From NCBI GenBank assembly GCA_041686485.1, contig JAWLDT010000001.1:5554-69553 (forward strand): a stretch of 64,000 bases of DNA, written 5' to 3'. This document shows positions 37,218 through 46,780 of this stretch, piece after piece (positions within the stretch are counted from its first letter, which is position 1; every line of letters begins with the position of its first letter). The DNA comes from Bacteroidales bacterium. GTDB lineage: Bacteria > Bacteroidota > Bacteroidia > Bacteroidales > UBA7960. A program made the position numbers and the translations under genes. The notes under the pieces were generated by a model. That model ran no database searches. It saw nothing but the letters and a program-made list of their open reading frames with translations, and was not told where the DNA came from.

Positions 37218-39344
37218 ATGTCTGATACATTATTTAAACCGGTTGCGTATCGTGTGGAGGGAATGACCTGCACAAACTGTGCCCTTGGTATTCAGCGGGC
37301 GCTGGAGAAAGAAGGTTTTCAGAATGTGGATGTTGATTTTTCGTCAGGTGAGGTGCATTTTGAAGTGGCGGATGAGGGTCGTCTGCCGGTAGCCGAAAAG
37401 CGCATTGAGTCGCTTGGCTACAAGGTAAAAGACAGCATTGAAACGGAGGATGAGGGAAAAAAAGGGTTGTCTGCCATTGAGAAAAAGTTCTGGTTTACGG
37501 CCATCTTTACCATACCGTTGATCCTTGCCATGTTCATCCCCCTGGATTTTCTCCATAACGACAAGTTTCAGCTGGCCCTGACCATACCCGTGTTCATTGT
37601 CGGGTTTTTGCATTTTGGTCGCAGTGCGTGGTACAGCTTGCGCTCCGGTGTGACCAACATGGACGTGCTGATATTTCTGGGTAGCACGGCTGCCTTTGTA
37701 TACAGCCTTATCGGAACCATTTACGGTCTGGGATCCGATTATCTCTTTTATGAAACATCGGCCAGTATTATTTCCATTGTTTTGTTGGGCAATATGATGG
37801 AGCACCGCTCCGTCAAGAAAACTTCATCGGCTGTTGATGACCTGGTGCGGCTTCAGAAAAATACCGCGCGCCTGATCACTACCGAGATGAATGAAGGGCA
37901 GGAAACCATTGAAGAAGTCGATGCTTCCCTGGTGGAAGAAGGGCAACGGGTGCTTGTAAATACCGGTGATAAGGTTCCTGTTGATGGTGAGATATACTGG
38001 GGCAGCGGCAGTCTGGATGAAAGCCTGATATCCGGTGAGAGCCTGCCTGTCGATCGTCAGAAGGGAGATAAAGTTGTTGGCGGAACCCTTCTGGTTTCAG
38101 GTACGATTCGCGTAAAAGCCACTGCTACCGGAAAGGATACTGTTTTGGCGAACATTATTGAGATGGTTCGTGAAGCACAGAAAGATAAACCCAGGTTGCA
38201 AAACCTGGCAGATAAGATTAGCCGGGTATTTGTGCCTGTGGTTGTCGGACTGGCGCTATTAACCGCTGCTTTTTGGTTTTTTGGGATGGAACTACCTTTC
38301 CGTGATGCCTTCATGCGGGGGGTTGCCGTACTGGTGATTGCCTGTCCGTGTGCCCTGGGGCTCGCCATACCAACGGCCGTTGTTGTGGGTCTGGGACGAA
38401 CTGCCAAAAGCGGTATCCTGATCAAAGGCGGAACTGTATTTGATAAATTCGCTTCTGTCGATACCATCGTGTTTGACAAAACCGGTACCCTTACCACCGG
38501 CAATTTTGGGGTAAAAAACCTGCAGGTTTTCAATGATACCGAAGACCATGCAGGCAGTGTTATCTACAGTCTGGAACAATATTCGGCCCATCCGATCGCA
38601 CAGTCCATAACCCGATATTTTAAGGGCGTGACCCCGATTCAGTTTGAAGAAGTAAAAGAGCAAAAAGGACTTGGGGTTCAGGCCGTCGATAAAGATGGCA
38701 ATCAATATGCGGCCGGTTCGTATCATATTGCATCCCATCTTACCAGTGATGACAGGCACAATGTATATTTGTTGATGAATGATCGCCTTATTGCCTGGCT
38801 TGACGTAGAAGATGAGATCAAAGAGGGAGCGAAAGAATCTATTGACTTCTTTAACAGCAGAGGTGTAAAAACGGTATTGTTAAGTGGCGACAGGCCGGAG
38901 CGTTGCGAAGCAATTGCTGCTCAGCTTGGAATAAAGGATGTATATGCCGGTAAGTTACCTGCCCAAAAGCTGGAAATAATTGATCAGCTGTCTGAAAATG
39001 GACGGGTAGCCATGGTTGGTGACGGTATTAATGATGCTCCGGCTTTGGCTAAGGCTTATGTTGGTATCAGTATGAGTGATGCCACACAGGTAGCGGTAAA
39101 ATCGGCTGATGTTGTACTTCTGAAGGGAGACCTCCGGTTGCTTTCCAAAGCATTTGGCGCTACACGTATCACCTTGCGCACGGTTAAGGAAAACCTGTTC
39201 TGGGCATTTTTCTACAATGTTGCCGCTATTCCGCTCGCCATGATCGGTCTGTTAACCCCGATCGTAGCCGCTTTTGCCATGGCCGCATCGGATGTTGTCG
39301 TCGTGTTAAACTCCCTTCGACTCAAAACCCGCAAGATCCGGTAA
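37218..39344 (+). CDS. copA: Heavy-metal (Cu+-type) translocating P1B-type ATPase
   Basis: 708 aa with an N-terminal HMA domain GMTCTNCA, TM CPC motif VIACPCALG, phosphorylation site DKTGTLT and hinge GDGINDAP. Confidence 0.93.
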   Translation: MSDTLFKPVAYRVEGMTCTNCALGIQRALEKEGFQNVDVDFSSGEVHFEVADEGRLPVAEKRIESLGYKVKDSIETEDEGKKGLSAIEKKFWFTAIFTIPLILAMFIPLDFLHNDKFQLALTIPVFIVGFLHFGRSAWYSLRSGVTNMDVLIFLGSTAAFVYSLIGTIYGLGSDYLFYETSASIISIVLLGNMMEHRSVKKTSSAVDDLVRLQKNTARLITTEMNEGQETIEEVDASLVEEGQRVLVNTGDKVPVDGEIYWGSGSLDESLISGESLPVDRQKGDKVVGGTLLVSGTIRVKATATGKDTVLANIIEMVREAQKDKPRLQNLADKISRVFVPVVVGLALLTAAFWFFGMELPFRDAFMRGVAVLVIACPCALGLAIPTAVVVGLGRTAKSGILIKGGTVFDKFASVDTIVFDKTGTLTTGNFGVKNLQVFNDTEDHAGSVIYSLEQYSAHPIAQSITRYFKGVTPIQFEEVKEQKGLGVQAVDKDGNQYAAGSYHIASHLTSDDRHNVYLLMNDRLIAWLDVEDEIKEGAKESIDFFNSRGVKTVLLSGDRPERCEAIAAQLGIKDVYAGKLPAQKLEIIDQLSENGRVAMVGDGINDAPALAKAYVGISMSDATQVAVKSADVVLLKGDLRLLSKAFGATRITLRTVKENLFWAFFYNVAAIPLAMIGLLTPIVAAFAMAASDVVVVLNSLRLKTRKIR

Positions 39345-39349
39345 TTCAC

Positions 39350-39465
39350 CCCGGCCAGTGTCAGCAAATCTTTCAGAAAACCATCAGGGAAATCAATCGC
39401 CAGGCGGATATGCTAAATCGATGATGATTTTCCTGGTATTAATTAGCTTTGCTAACCTGGCCGGG
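39350..39465 (+). terminator. Long imperfect hairpin after copA (possible terminator)
   Basis: Perfect 9-bp closing pair CCCGGCCAG (39350..39358) / CTGGCCGGG (39457..39465), extended by AGCAAA/TTTGCT and CAGGGAAATCA/TGATTTTCCTG-type pairings, then TTTGTT. Confidence 0.35.
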
Positions 39466-39492
39466 TTTGTTCCCACCCAAAAAATAAATGCA

Positions 39493-39848
39493 TCTCCCTA
39501 AAGTCTCTTACATCCCAAAAGTCCCTAAAGTCCCTAAAGTCTCTTAAGTCCCTAAAGTCTCTTAAGTCCCTAAAGTCTCTTAAGTCCCTAAAGTCTCTTA
39601 AGTCCCTAAAGTCTCTTAAGTCTCTTAAGTCTCTTAAGTCTCTTAAGTCTCTTACGTCCCAACTCCAATTCGTCTCTTCCCGTCCTCTCGCCCTCTCGCT
39701 CTCACGCCCTCACGTCTTCGCGTCTTCGTATCCTCGCCTCTGCTCTTACGTCTCTTAAGTCCCTTACGTCTCTTAAGTCCCTTACGTCTCTTAAGTCCCT
39801 TACGTCTCTTAAGTCCCTTACGTCTCTTACGTCCCTTACGTCTTACCT
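39493..39848. repeat. About 356 bp of 9/18-bp-period tandem arrays flanking a C-rich, G-poor core
   Basis: Left array: (TAAGTCCC TAAAGTCTCT)n, then (TAAGTCTCT)4. Core: 39661..39746. Right array: (TACGTCTCT TAAGTCCCT)n. The region ends 4 nt before the rho stop codon (39853..39855). Confidence 0.95.
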
Positions 39849-39852
39849 GGAG

Positions 39853-41778
39853 TTATCCATTCATCGACATCAGGAACTCTTCATTGCTTTGGGTATGCTT
39901 CATCTTATCCATCAGGAACTCCATAGCTTCCATCGAAGTCATGTCTGCAATAAATTTGCGGAGGACCCATATGCGGTTCATGATATTTTGATCAAGGAGG
40001 AGGTCTTCGCGTCTTGTACCTGAAGCTACAATATCGATGGAGGGGAAAATACGTTTGTTAGACAGGCGGCGGTCGAGCTGCAGTTCCATGTTGCCGGTTC
40101 CCTTGAATTCCTCAAAGATCACCTCATCCATTCTGGAGCCTGTGTCGGTCAAGGCTGTAGCGATGATCGAAAGGGAACCACCATTTTCTATGTTCCGGGC
40201 TGCTCCGAAGAAGCGTTTTGGCTTGTGAAGCGCATTAGCATCCACACCACCTGAGAGCACTTTACCCGAAGCCGGCGACACCGTGTTGAATGCCCTGGCA
40301 AGTCGGGTAATACTGTCCAGCAGGATAACAACGTCGTGGCCACATTCCACCATTCGTTTGGCTTTTTCCTGGACGATATTGGTTACCTTCACATGGCGTT
40401 CGGCGGGTTCGTCAAACGTAGAGGAAATAACTTCTCCTTTTACGTTCCTTGCCATTTCTGTTACCTCTTCCGGGCGCTCATCGATAAGAAGGACGATCAG
40501 GTATACTTCCGGGTGGTTCTTGGCAATGGCATTGGCAATCTCCTGCAGGAGAATGGTTTTACCGGTTTTAGGCTGAGAGACGATCAATCCTCTTTGTCCT
40601 TTTCCGAGCGGCGCAAACATGTCGATTATCCGGGTCGATAATGTTTCATGACTGTGCCCGGTAAGCTGGAATTTCTGATCAGGGAACAGGGGTGTAAGGA
40701 AATCAAAAGGAACGCGATCGCGTACTTCTGCCGGAATACGGCCATTGATCTGTTCCACCTTGATGAGCGGAAAGAACTTTTCGTTTTCTTTTGGGGGTCG
40801 TATACCACCATTTACCGTATCCCCGGTTTTCAGTCCGAAAAGTTTGATCTGGCTTTGGGACACATAGACATCGTCAGGGGAGTTCAGGTAATTGTAATCG
40901 GAGGAACGTAAAAAGCCATATCCGTCGGGCATGATCTCAAGTACACCTTCCGCATTGATAATGCCATCAAATTCGTAAACAGGTTCCCCTGTCCTCTTAT
41001 CATATGATTTAGGTTTCTGATAGGATTCTGCATCCTTTGTTGACGATTGTTCCTGTTCCTGAGCTTTCTCTTCACCTTTAACCTGTGGTTCTTTTGACTG
41101 ATCTTTTGGTTTGTCTTTAGCCTGTTGGTCTTGCTGCTGCGATTTTTTCTGATGTTTACTTTCAGGGGAACGCTGGTTCGATTTTTCCGGATAAGTAACA
41201 GCCTCATCCTGTTTGCTTTGCTGCTTATCCTGGACATGGCTTTCTTGCTTTGCGGAATCCTGTTGATCCTCAGGCTTCCGTTTTTTTCGACCCCGATTGC
41301 TTTTTCGCTGTTGTTTTTCACCGCTTTGGGGATCATGTTTTTGTGCTGTCTCTTGTGTTGCGGCCTTTGCAGGTGCTTCTGTTCCGGTTTCCCGGGCTGC
41401 CGGCGTAGCTTCCTGGTTAGCACCGGAAGTTTGTCCCCTTTGTTTTTGCATATTCTTTTGGGTATCCTCGCCGGTTTCCGTAGTAGCTTTTGACTGACTC
41501 TCGTCTCCAGGTTGGCCTGTATCCCGTTGATTTTTTATATTTTGCTCTGAAGAGCTTCCTGCCGGGACACGTTTGCGGGGGCGTCCGGGCCTCCTTTTGG
41601 GTTTTTGCTCGGGCTGCTGGTCCTTTTTCACGCCTTCCGGGTTCAGGGCCTGTGCATCCAGAATTCTATAAATCAAATCTTGTTTTTTATATGAATCTAC
41701 CTTCTTGATATCCAAGCTTCTGGCAATGTCTTTCAGTTCGGTGAGTCGTTTACTGTTTAATTCTAATATGTCGTACAT
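39853..41778 (-). CDS. rho: Transcription termination factor Rho with a long disordered N-terminal insertion
   Basis: ATG 41778 ([19 protein letters not shown]). A roughly 215-aa Q/K/E/S-rich low-complexity insert spans 40991..41643. It is followed by the canonical Rho body: DGYGFLR, Walker A SQPKTGKT, and a RecA-type domain running to the C-terminus. Confidence 0.95.
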   Translation of the reverse strand: MYDILELNSKRLTELKDIARSLDIKKVDSYKKQDLIYRILDAQALNPEGVKKDQQPEQKPKRRPGRPRKRVPAGSSSEQNIKNQRDTGQPGDESQSKATTETGEDTQKNMQKQRGQTSGANQEATPAARETGTEAPAKAATQETAQKHDPQSGEKQQRKSNRGRKKRKPEDQQDSAKQESHVQDKQQSKQDEAVTYPEKSNQRSPESKHQKKSQQQDQQAKDKPKDQSKEPQVKGEEKAQEQEQSSTKDAESYQKPKSYDKRTGEPVYEFDGIINAEGVLEIMPDGYGFLRSSDYNYLNSPDDVYVSQSQIKLFGLKTGDTVNGGIRPPKENEKFFPLIKVEQINGRIPAEVRDRVPFDFLTPLFPDQKFQLTGHSHETLSTRIIDMFAPLGKGQRGLIVSQPKTGKTILLQEIANAIAKNHPEVYLIVLLIDERPEEVTEMARNVKGEVISSTFDEPAERHVKVTNIVQEKAKRMVECGHDVVILLDSITRLARAFNTVSPASGKVLSGGVDANALHKPKRFFGAARNIENGGSLSIIATALTDTGSRMDEVIFEEFKGTGNMELQLDRRLSNKRIFPSIDIVASGTRREDLLLDQNIMNRIWVLRKFIADMTSMEAMEFLMDKMKHTQSNEEFLMSMNG

Positions 41779-41980
41779 GGGCGTTAAAATGTTTTTAAAT
41801 ATCAAATGATTGTTTTGCTATGGAAACCTCATTGCAAACGAGGCAGTATCCGGCTTTCAGCGACCTGTCGGAGGGTATGCGGACAATTTGTGGTCGCCAC
41901 CAGTAGTGTCAGGGTCTGTAAAGAGAAAATATATGGTGTGTTTTTCAAAGAATAATAAAGAATGCGCGGGAATTGTGCTG

Positions 41981-41988
41981 CAAATATA
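41981..41988 (-). promoter_or_regulatory. -7 box TAtaTTTG (minus strand) for rho, implying a roughly 195-nt leader
   Basis: The plus strand reads caaatata, which is TATATTTG on the minus strand. No closer match precedes the rho ATG. Confidence 0.4.
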
Positions 41989-42113
41989 ATAAATGTTGAG
42001 AGAACAAAAAATTTTTTTTGCCCGGTATGCCGGCAAATTGACCTCTGCTTATGTTTATAGTCTGATTTTGTCTATTTTTGTAGACTGATTAACCTGGAAA
42101 ATATAGTGTACTT

Positions 42114-42584
42114 ATGTTACAACGTGTTCAAAGTGTGTATTTGTTTTTGGTGTTTCTGTTTGCCGTATTGTTTGCGGTTCTTCCCCTGGGTCACTTTCCC
42201 GTCGGGTCTCCTGATATGCCGTTGCGGCTAATATCCATGCATGATTTTTTTGCCTCCATTGACGGGACAGGCATTGGTTGGATGGGAGCCCTGCTCATCC
42301 TGTTCTGGGCTATCGCTATACTTATTACGGTATATATGACCTTTCAATATAGAAAGCGACTGTTTCAGATCAAGCTGGGCAAAATGAATATCATGGTACA
42401 TGCTGTCATGATATTAATCACCTTTTTCTTTCTCGACAGCATACGAAACCAGCTTGATGATACCGGATTTTCCTATGGCGCTGCTGTTTTCTTTCCGGTT
42501 ATCTCGTTGATTTTTATTCTGCTTGCCAACAAAGCAATCAGAAAGGATGAAGAACTGGTGCGTTCAGCCGATCGTCTGCGGTAG
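42114..42584 (+). CDS. DUF4293-like small membrane protein
   Basis: 156 aa with 4 TM segments and an N-terminus MLQRVQSVYLFLVFLF typical of the family as I recall it. A TAttTTTG box lies at 42073..42080. Confidence 0.6.
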   Translation: MLQRVQSVYLFLVFLFAVLFAVLPLGHFPVGSPDMPLRLISMHDFFASIDGTGIGWMGALLILFWAIAILITVYMTFQYRKRLFQIKLGKMNIMVHAVMILITFFFLDSIRNQLDDTGFSYGAAVFFPVISLIFILLANKAIRKDEELVRSADRLR

Positions 42585-43658
42585 TTAATCTTCAAGCCTT
42601 TTAATAATATAGTCGGAGTTAAATAACCGTAGCGCTCCCATATATTTCAGTTTGAACTTGACAAAGTCACCTACCTTGTAATTTTTCGGGTTCTTTCCAA
42701 GGTCTATGACCAGAATATCGGAACTGGCACCTGCCATTTCCAGCTTCTTATCCACCGGGATCAGGAAGTCCGGACTGATATCCAGCAGTCCGACATCCAG
42801 TAGTGCCCGCCATGAAGTTTTACCGTAGTCATCGGCATTTATCTCATAGGACTCTCCTGATGGGTTTTCGGCCAGGGTGCCTTCCGGTACGACCGGTTTT
42901 TCAATCAATTCAATGATTTCCGATTTGAAGGTGATCACATTGTCCTTCATCCCCTTGATGGTTTTGCCTGTCCACAGGTTGGCTCCAAAATAAAGGGTTT
43001 CACCTACACGGAAATGATTCACCCCGGGTGGTACCTGTTTCTTCGACAGCATCGGAATGGTAACAGAAGTTCCGCCTGACAGAAGGTCAATTTTCTTGTT
43101 AAACTTTTCCTCGACAATCTGTTTGTAGAGACTAAGCTGTATCAGCTTATCACGGGAAGGCATGACGCCGTACAAACAGTTCAGGTTGGTGCCAAAACCA
43201 AGTACTTTGATATTGGGTAGCTTAAAGACCTGCTCATAAAAGCTGATAAGGTCATCGCCCATCACACCTTCGCGAAGCTCACCCATTTCCAGCATGATGA
43301 TGATCTGGTGTATCTTTTCCTGTTTTTGCGCTTCCTCAGAGATAAGCTTCAGGGTTTCAAGGTCAGAGTTCAGACTTACATCGGCATATTTAACCACACT
43401 CCGGATGCTTCGGCGCGGTGGTGGTTTAATATATATTGTCCTTACTTCGGGATCAATGCGTTTAATGGTGCGCAGGTTCGAGATCCTGGAGTCCATTAAT
43501 TCCCTTGCGCCCAAACCGATAACCTCTTTCAGGTACATCGGGTTGCCGCAAAGAAGCTTTGACACAATACCCCAACGGATGCCATGTTGTTCGAACAGTT
43601 TCTCCAGGAAGTTGTAGTTGTGTTTGAGCTTCTTTCGGCTTATTGTAATTTCAGCCAT
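42585..43658 (-). CDS. PLP-dependent amino-acid racemase, alanine/ornithine racemase-like (YhfX-type)
   Basis: ATG 43658 (MAEITISRKKLKHNY...) avoids overlap with the upstream GNAT gene. It has an alanine-racemase N-terminal barrel pattern with a candidate PLP lysine in GIVSKLLCG. Confidence 0.65.
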   Translation of the reverse strand: MAEITISRKKLKHNYNFLEKLFEQHGIRWGIVSKLLCGNPMYLKEVIGLGARELMDSRISNLRTIKRIDPEVRTIYIKPPPRRSIRSVVKYADVSLNSDLETLKLISEEAQKQEKIHQIIIMLEMGELREGVMGDDLISFYEQVFKLPNIKVLGFGTNLNCLYGVMPSRDKLIQLSLYKQIVEEKFNKKIDLLSGGTSVTIPMLSKKQVPPGVNHFRVGETLYFGANLWTGKTIKGMKDNVITFKSEIIELIEKPVVPEGTLAENPSGESYEINADDYGKTSWRALLDVGLLDISPDFLIPVDKKLEMAGASSDILVIDLGKNPKNYKVGDFVKFKLKYMGALRLFNSDYIIKRLED

Positions 43659-43671
43659 AATTGCTATCTGT

Positions 43672-44109
43672 TTATCGGGTCCAGCGCATCTCCAAATACT
43701 TGCTGGTAAAACCCAGTTTTTCGTAAAGGTGACGAGCCGGATTTTCCGGTTCCACATGCAATTTAATATCCCCTTCTGCTTTCTCAAAGGTTTTTTGCAT
43801 GAGTTCTTTACCAAGGCCATGACCACGGTATTTTTTATCTACGGCTATATATACCAGAATGTTTTCGGGGATATACCCGGCCATACCTGTTTTATTGATG
43901 ACAACGGCCCCGTTAATGTTTCCCTGGTCTCTGGAAACAAGTATGAAGCCCCCAAATTTTTCTTTATCGTCCAACGCGAAGTTGATGCTTTTCATAATAT
44001 ACCTGTGTTCATCTCCAAATTGATCCAGGTGTTCATACAAAAAATCAGCAATTTCCTTTTTTGTCTCCTCTGAAACGTTGTCTGCGGGTGTGTAAAATGT
44101 AAAGTCCAT
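43672..44109 (-). CDS. GNAT-family N-acetyltransferase
   Basis: 145 aa with acetyl-CoA binding motif A, YRGHGLGKELM. Confidence 0.85.
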   Translation of the reverse strand: MDFTFYTPADNVSEETKKEIADFLYEHLDQFGDEHRYIMKSINFALDDKEKFGGFILVSRDQGNINGAVVINKTGMAGYIPENILVYIAVDKKYRGHGLGKELMQKTFEKAEGDIKLHVEPENPARHLYEKLGFTSKYLEMRWTR

Positions 44110-44126
44110 TGTCTTTTTGTTTTATG

Positions 44127-45575
44127 TTAGGTAGATGTTTTTTTTGATTTGCTAATGGTGAAGTTAATAATTGTAAATGAAATAAACGATAAAGTGATGC
44201 CAAAAATATTTGGGTCGAGGCCTAATGGCAAGCCCCAATCCCCGATAATAAGTGTGATGGTGGTGCCACCACCCAGTAACATGGCCCAGAAAGCTGCCGC
44301 TGGTTGTGCTTTTTTCAGGAAAAGGGCTGCGACTACCGGTATAAAAAGACCAGAGACCATGAACGCATAGGAGTGCAGCATCAGTTCGAGGACGCTGGGC
44401 ATCACCGAAGCCAGCAGCAGGGCAATTGTTCCGAGTATCAGGGTCAGGGCCTGGGAGGTTAACAAGAAAGCCCTGTTTCCTTCCGGGAGTTTAACCCATT
44501 TTGACAGGATGTCTGTCAGGAAGTTTCCGCTGCTTGCCATCAGGCAACTGTCGGCCGTCGACATGATGGCCGAAAAATAAGCCGCCATCATCAAACCCAT
44601 CAGCCCGACAGGCAATACGGTGCGGAGCAGCAGGGGAAGCCCCTGTTCCGAATCAATGTCGGCGGCTGCGCTAATGCCTAAATATTCAAACATTCCCTGG
44701 GCAATAGCCACCCGTGCAAAAAGCCCCAGCAGCACTCCCATAAAGGCCATAACCGGCCATTCAAACAGTCCGGCAATGTACCAGGCCCGTTGTGCCTGCT
44801 TTCTGTTACGTGAAGCGTATATGCGCTGATACAAGGTCATGCCTACGAACCAAATGGGAATAATGGTGACAGCCCAGTTGAGTAGCTGCTGCCAGCTTAT
44901 GTTCCCCAGGCTGAAGTAGGCATCCGGCAGCACCTCCCGGATACCGGCCAATCCTCCGACACTGTAATAAGAGATGGGGATCCCCACAAAGATCAAACCC
45001 GACATCAGGATAATCCACTGGATGGTGTCGGTGTAAATAACAGCCTTGATGCCGCCCATGGAAGTGTACACAATCACAATAACGCCCATGATGATCAGGG
45101 CCGTTTGTCTGTCAAGCATTGGCGTAAAGGTGGCCTCGGCCAGGATGGCACCTGCCAGTACCTGCGAACTGGTGAACCCCAGATAGCCAATACCTGATAT
45201 TATTCCGGCAAGCAGGGCAACGCCCGGACTGTAAAAACTGCCCAGGAATTGCGGAAAGGTATAAAAGGTTTTGGTTTGTTCAAGTTGCTTGACACGCGGG
45301 ATCAGAAGAACAGCACTTAACCAGGCACCAATCAAACCGGTAAACAGCATCCAGGAACCTGCAATTCCCATGATAAAACCAAGACCCCCGAGTCCGATGG
45401 AAAAACCGCCGCCCACATCAGTAGCCACGACAGATAACCCAATATGCAAGCTTCCAATCTTCCGGCCACCGACATAATAGTCGTCAATGCCCTTGTTGCG
45501 TATGAGGAAGTATATGCCAATGCCTATGACACCCAGCATATACAAGGCAAAAACAAGAACGTTTAAAAAATGCAT
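44127..45575 (-). CDS. Sodium:solute symporter family transporter
   Basis: 482 aa with about 13 TM segments. The N-terminal region (YYVGGRKIGSLHIGLSVVATDVGGG) is typical of SSF transporters. Confidence 0.85.
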   Translation of the reverse strand: MHFLNVLVFALYMLGVIGIGIYFLIRNKGIDDYYVGGRKIGSLHIGLSVVATDVGGGFSIGLGGLGFIMGIAGSWMLFTGLIGAWLSAVLLIPRVKQLEQTKTFYTFPQFLGSFYSPGVALLAGIISGIGYLGFTSSQVLAGAILAEATFTPMLDRQTALIIMGVIVIVYTSMGGIKAVIYTDTIQWIILMSGLIFVGIPISYYSVGGLAGIREVLPDAYFSLGNISWQQLLNWAVTIIPIWFVGMTLYQRIYASRNRKQAQRAWYIAGLFEWPVMAFMGVLLGLFARVAIAQGMFEYLGISAAADIDSEQGLPLLLRTVLPVGLMGLMMAAYFSAIMSTADSCLMASSGNFLTDILSKWVKLPEGNRAFLLTSQALTLILGTIALLLASVMPSVLELMLHSYAFMVSGLFIPVVAALFLKKAQPAAAFWAMLLGGGTTITLIIGDWGLPLGLDPNIFGITLSFISFTIINFTISKSKKTST

Positions 45576-45706
45576 GTAACGTTAAAGAGAAAATTAACAC
45601 GGCAAAATTAGAGATAATTTCTGCAAATGACAAATATTACCTTTAATTAATTGTTTATTAATTCTTTACGAGAAAATTGTATTACTTTTGGCAAAATTTA
45701 TTCCAA

Positions 45707-46654
45707 ATGTATTACTGGAGAAACAGTCGTCGTTTTAATGCCTGGTCTGACATGAGCAGGAAGCTTTATGGAACACGACTGCAGAAGCTGACCATAAATG
45801 CCGGCTTTACCTGCCCTAATCGCGATGGTACCGTCGGCACAGGAGGATGCAGCTTTTGCAATAACGAAGGCTTCAACCCTTCCTATTGTGACCCGGAAAA
45901 GGCTATTCGTCAGCAAATCGACCAGGGCCTGGAGCTTATCCGTAAGCGCTACCCAAGAGCCGGGAAGTTTGTTGCTTATTTCCAGGCATATTCAAACACC
46001 CATGCGCCATTAGAGACCTTGCGCGACATATATGAGGAAGCACTGAGCCACCCTGCTATCTCCGGTTTGGTTATCGGCACCAGGCCTGATTGTGTGGATG
46101 AAGAAAAACTGGACTATCTCCGTGATCTCGCCCGGCACTATTTTATCAAACTGGAATATGGGGTGGAATCCTGTTATGATGAAACCCTGAAACGCATTAA
46201 CCGGGGCCACACTTTTCGAGATACCAAAATAGCCTTGCAGATGACCGGTGAGCGGGAATTACATGCCGGTATTCACATGCTGTTCGGGTTACCCGGAGAG
46301 CGTCGTGAGGCCATGCTGGCACAGGTCGACATCATTAATACCCTGCCCATCAATACCATCAAATTCCATCAGTTGCAGATTGTTGAGGGTACCCCTTTTG
46401 CCCGTGCCTTTAAAGAGAATCCCGGACAGTTCGACTTGTTTGAATTAGAGGACTATATAGATTTTATTGTTGCTTTTTTGGAGCGTTTACGTCCGGATAT
46501 TTCGGTTGATCGCTTGTCGGGGGAAGTTCCTCCCCGCTTCATCGTTGGACAGAGATGGAGCAAAAGGGGAAATATCCGGGCAGATGTGGTTATGCAGATG
46601 ATCGAAAAAAAGCTTGCAGAAAAAGATACTTTTCAGGGAAAAAGGTATGCCTGA
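45707..46654 (+). CDS. TIGR01212-family radical SAM protein
   Basis: GFTCPNRDGTVGTGGCSFCN cluster motif. ATG 45707 is preferred over the upstream alternative start at 45677. Confidence 0.8.
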   Translation: MYYWRNSRRFNAWSDMSRKLYGTRLQKLTINAGFTCPNRDGTVGTGGCSFCNNEGFNPSYCDPEKAIRQQIDQGLELIRKRYPRAGKFVAYFQAYSNTHAPLETLRDIYEEALSHPAISGLVIGTRPDCVDEEKLDYLRDLARHYFIKLEYGVESCYDETLKRINRGHTFRDTKIALQMTGERELHAGIHMLFGLPGERREAMLAQVDIINTLPINTIKFHQLQIVEGTPFARAFKENPGQFDLFELEDYIDFIVAFLERLRPDISVDRLSGEVPPRFIVGQRWSKRGNIRADVVMQMIEKKLAEKDTFQGKRYA

Positions 46655-46780
46655 ATTTATGTATTTTTGACGCTTTTATGATTGACCCTCATCCATTCAG
46701 TTGGATTACATGGACAATCAACAGGTTTATTCAACAACAATTATGTAACATAAATAACATAGACGAATTGACACTGTAAT

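Noticed and set aside
39493-39848. The possibility that the repeat array is a CRISPR array.
   Set aside because: The units are 8-10 bp and contiguous, with no 25-40 bp spacers, no repeat of CRISPR length and no cas genes in the window.
39652-39852. A stop-free 66-codon extension in frame with rho, just past its TAA stop. It encodes an extremely basic tail (LQVRRKGRKRRKGLKRRKGL...GKRRIGVGT).
   Set aside because: The 9-bp repeat unit has a stop in only one of three frames, so an open in-phase frame is expected about two times in three by chance. The Rho C-terminus looks complete. It would be worth revisiting only if read-through peptides are detected.
40884-41708. ORFs on both strands and in other frames within the rho insert (40884..41423 minus; 41125..41493, 41297..41497 and 41490..41708 plus).
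   Set aside because: They are by-products of the low-complexity, codon-biased DNA encoding the Rho disordered region. None has independent support.
43659-43826. N-terminal extensions in the ORF track. Here the racemase extension overlaps the GNAT gene. Others are 2441..2599, 3810..3893, 14854..14910, 15112..15186, 36081..36197, 36287..36346, 57159..57254 and 58365..58415.
   Set aside because: The conserved family N-termini begin at downstream ATGs. The extensions overlap neighbouring genes, terminators or promoters, and several start at TTG or GTG.
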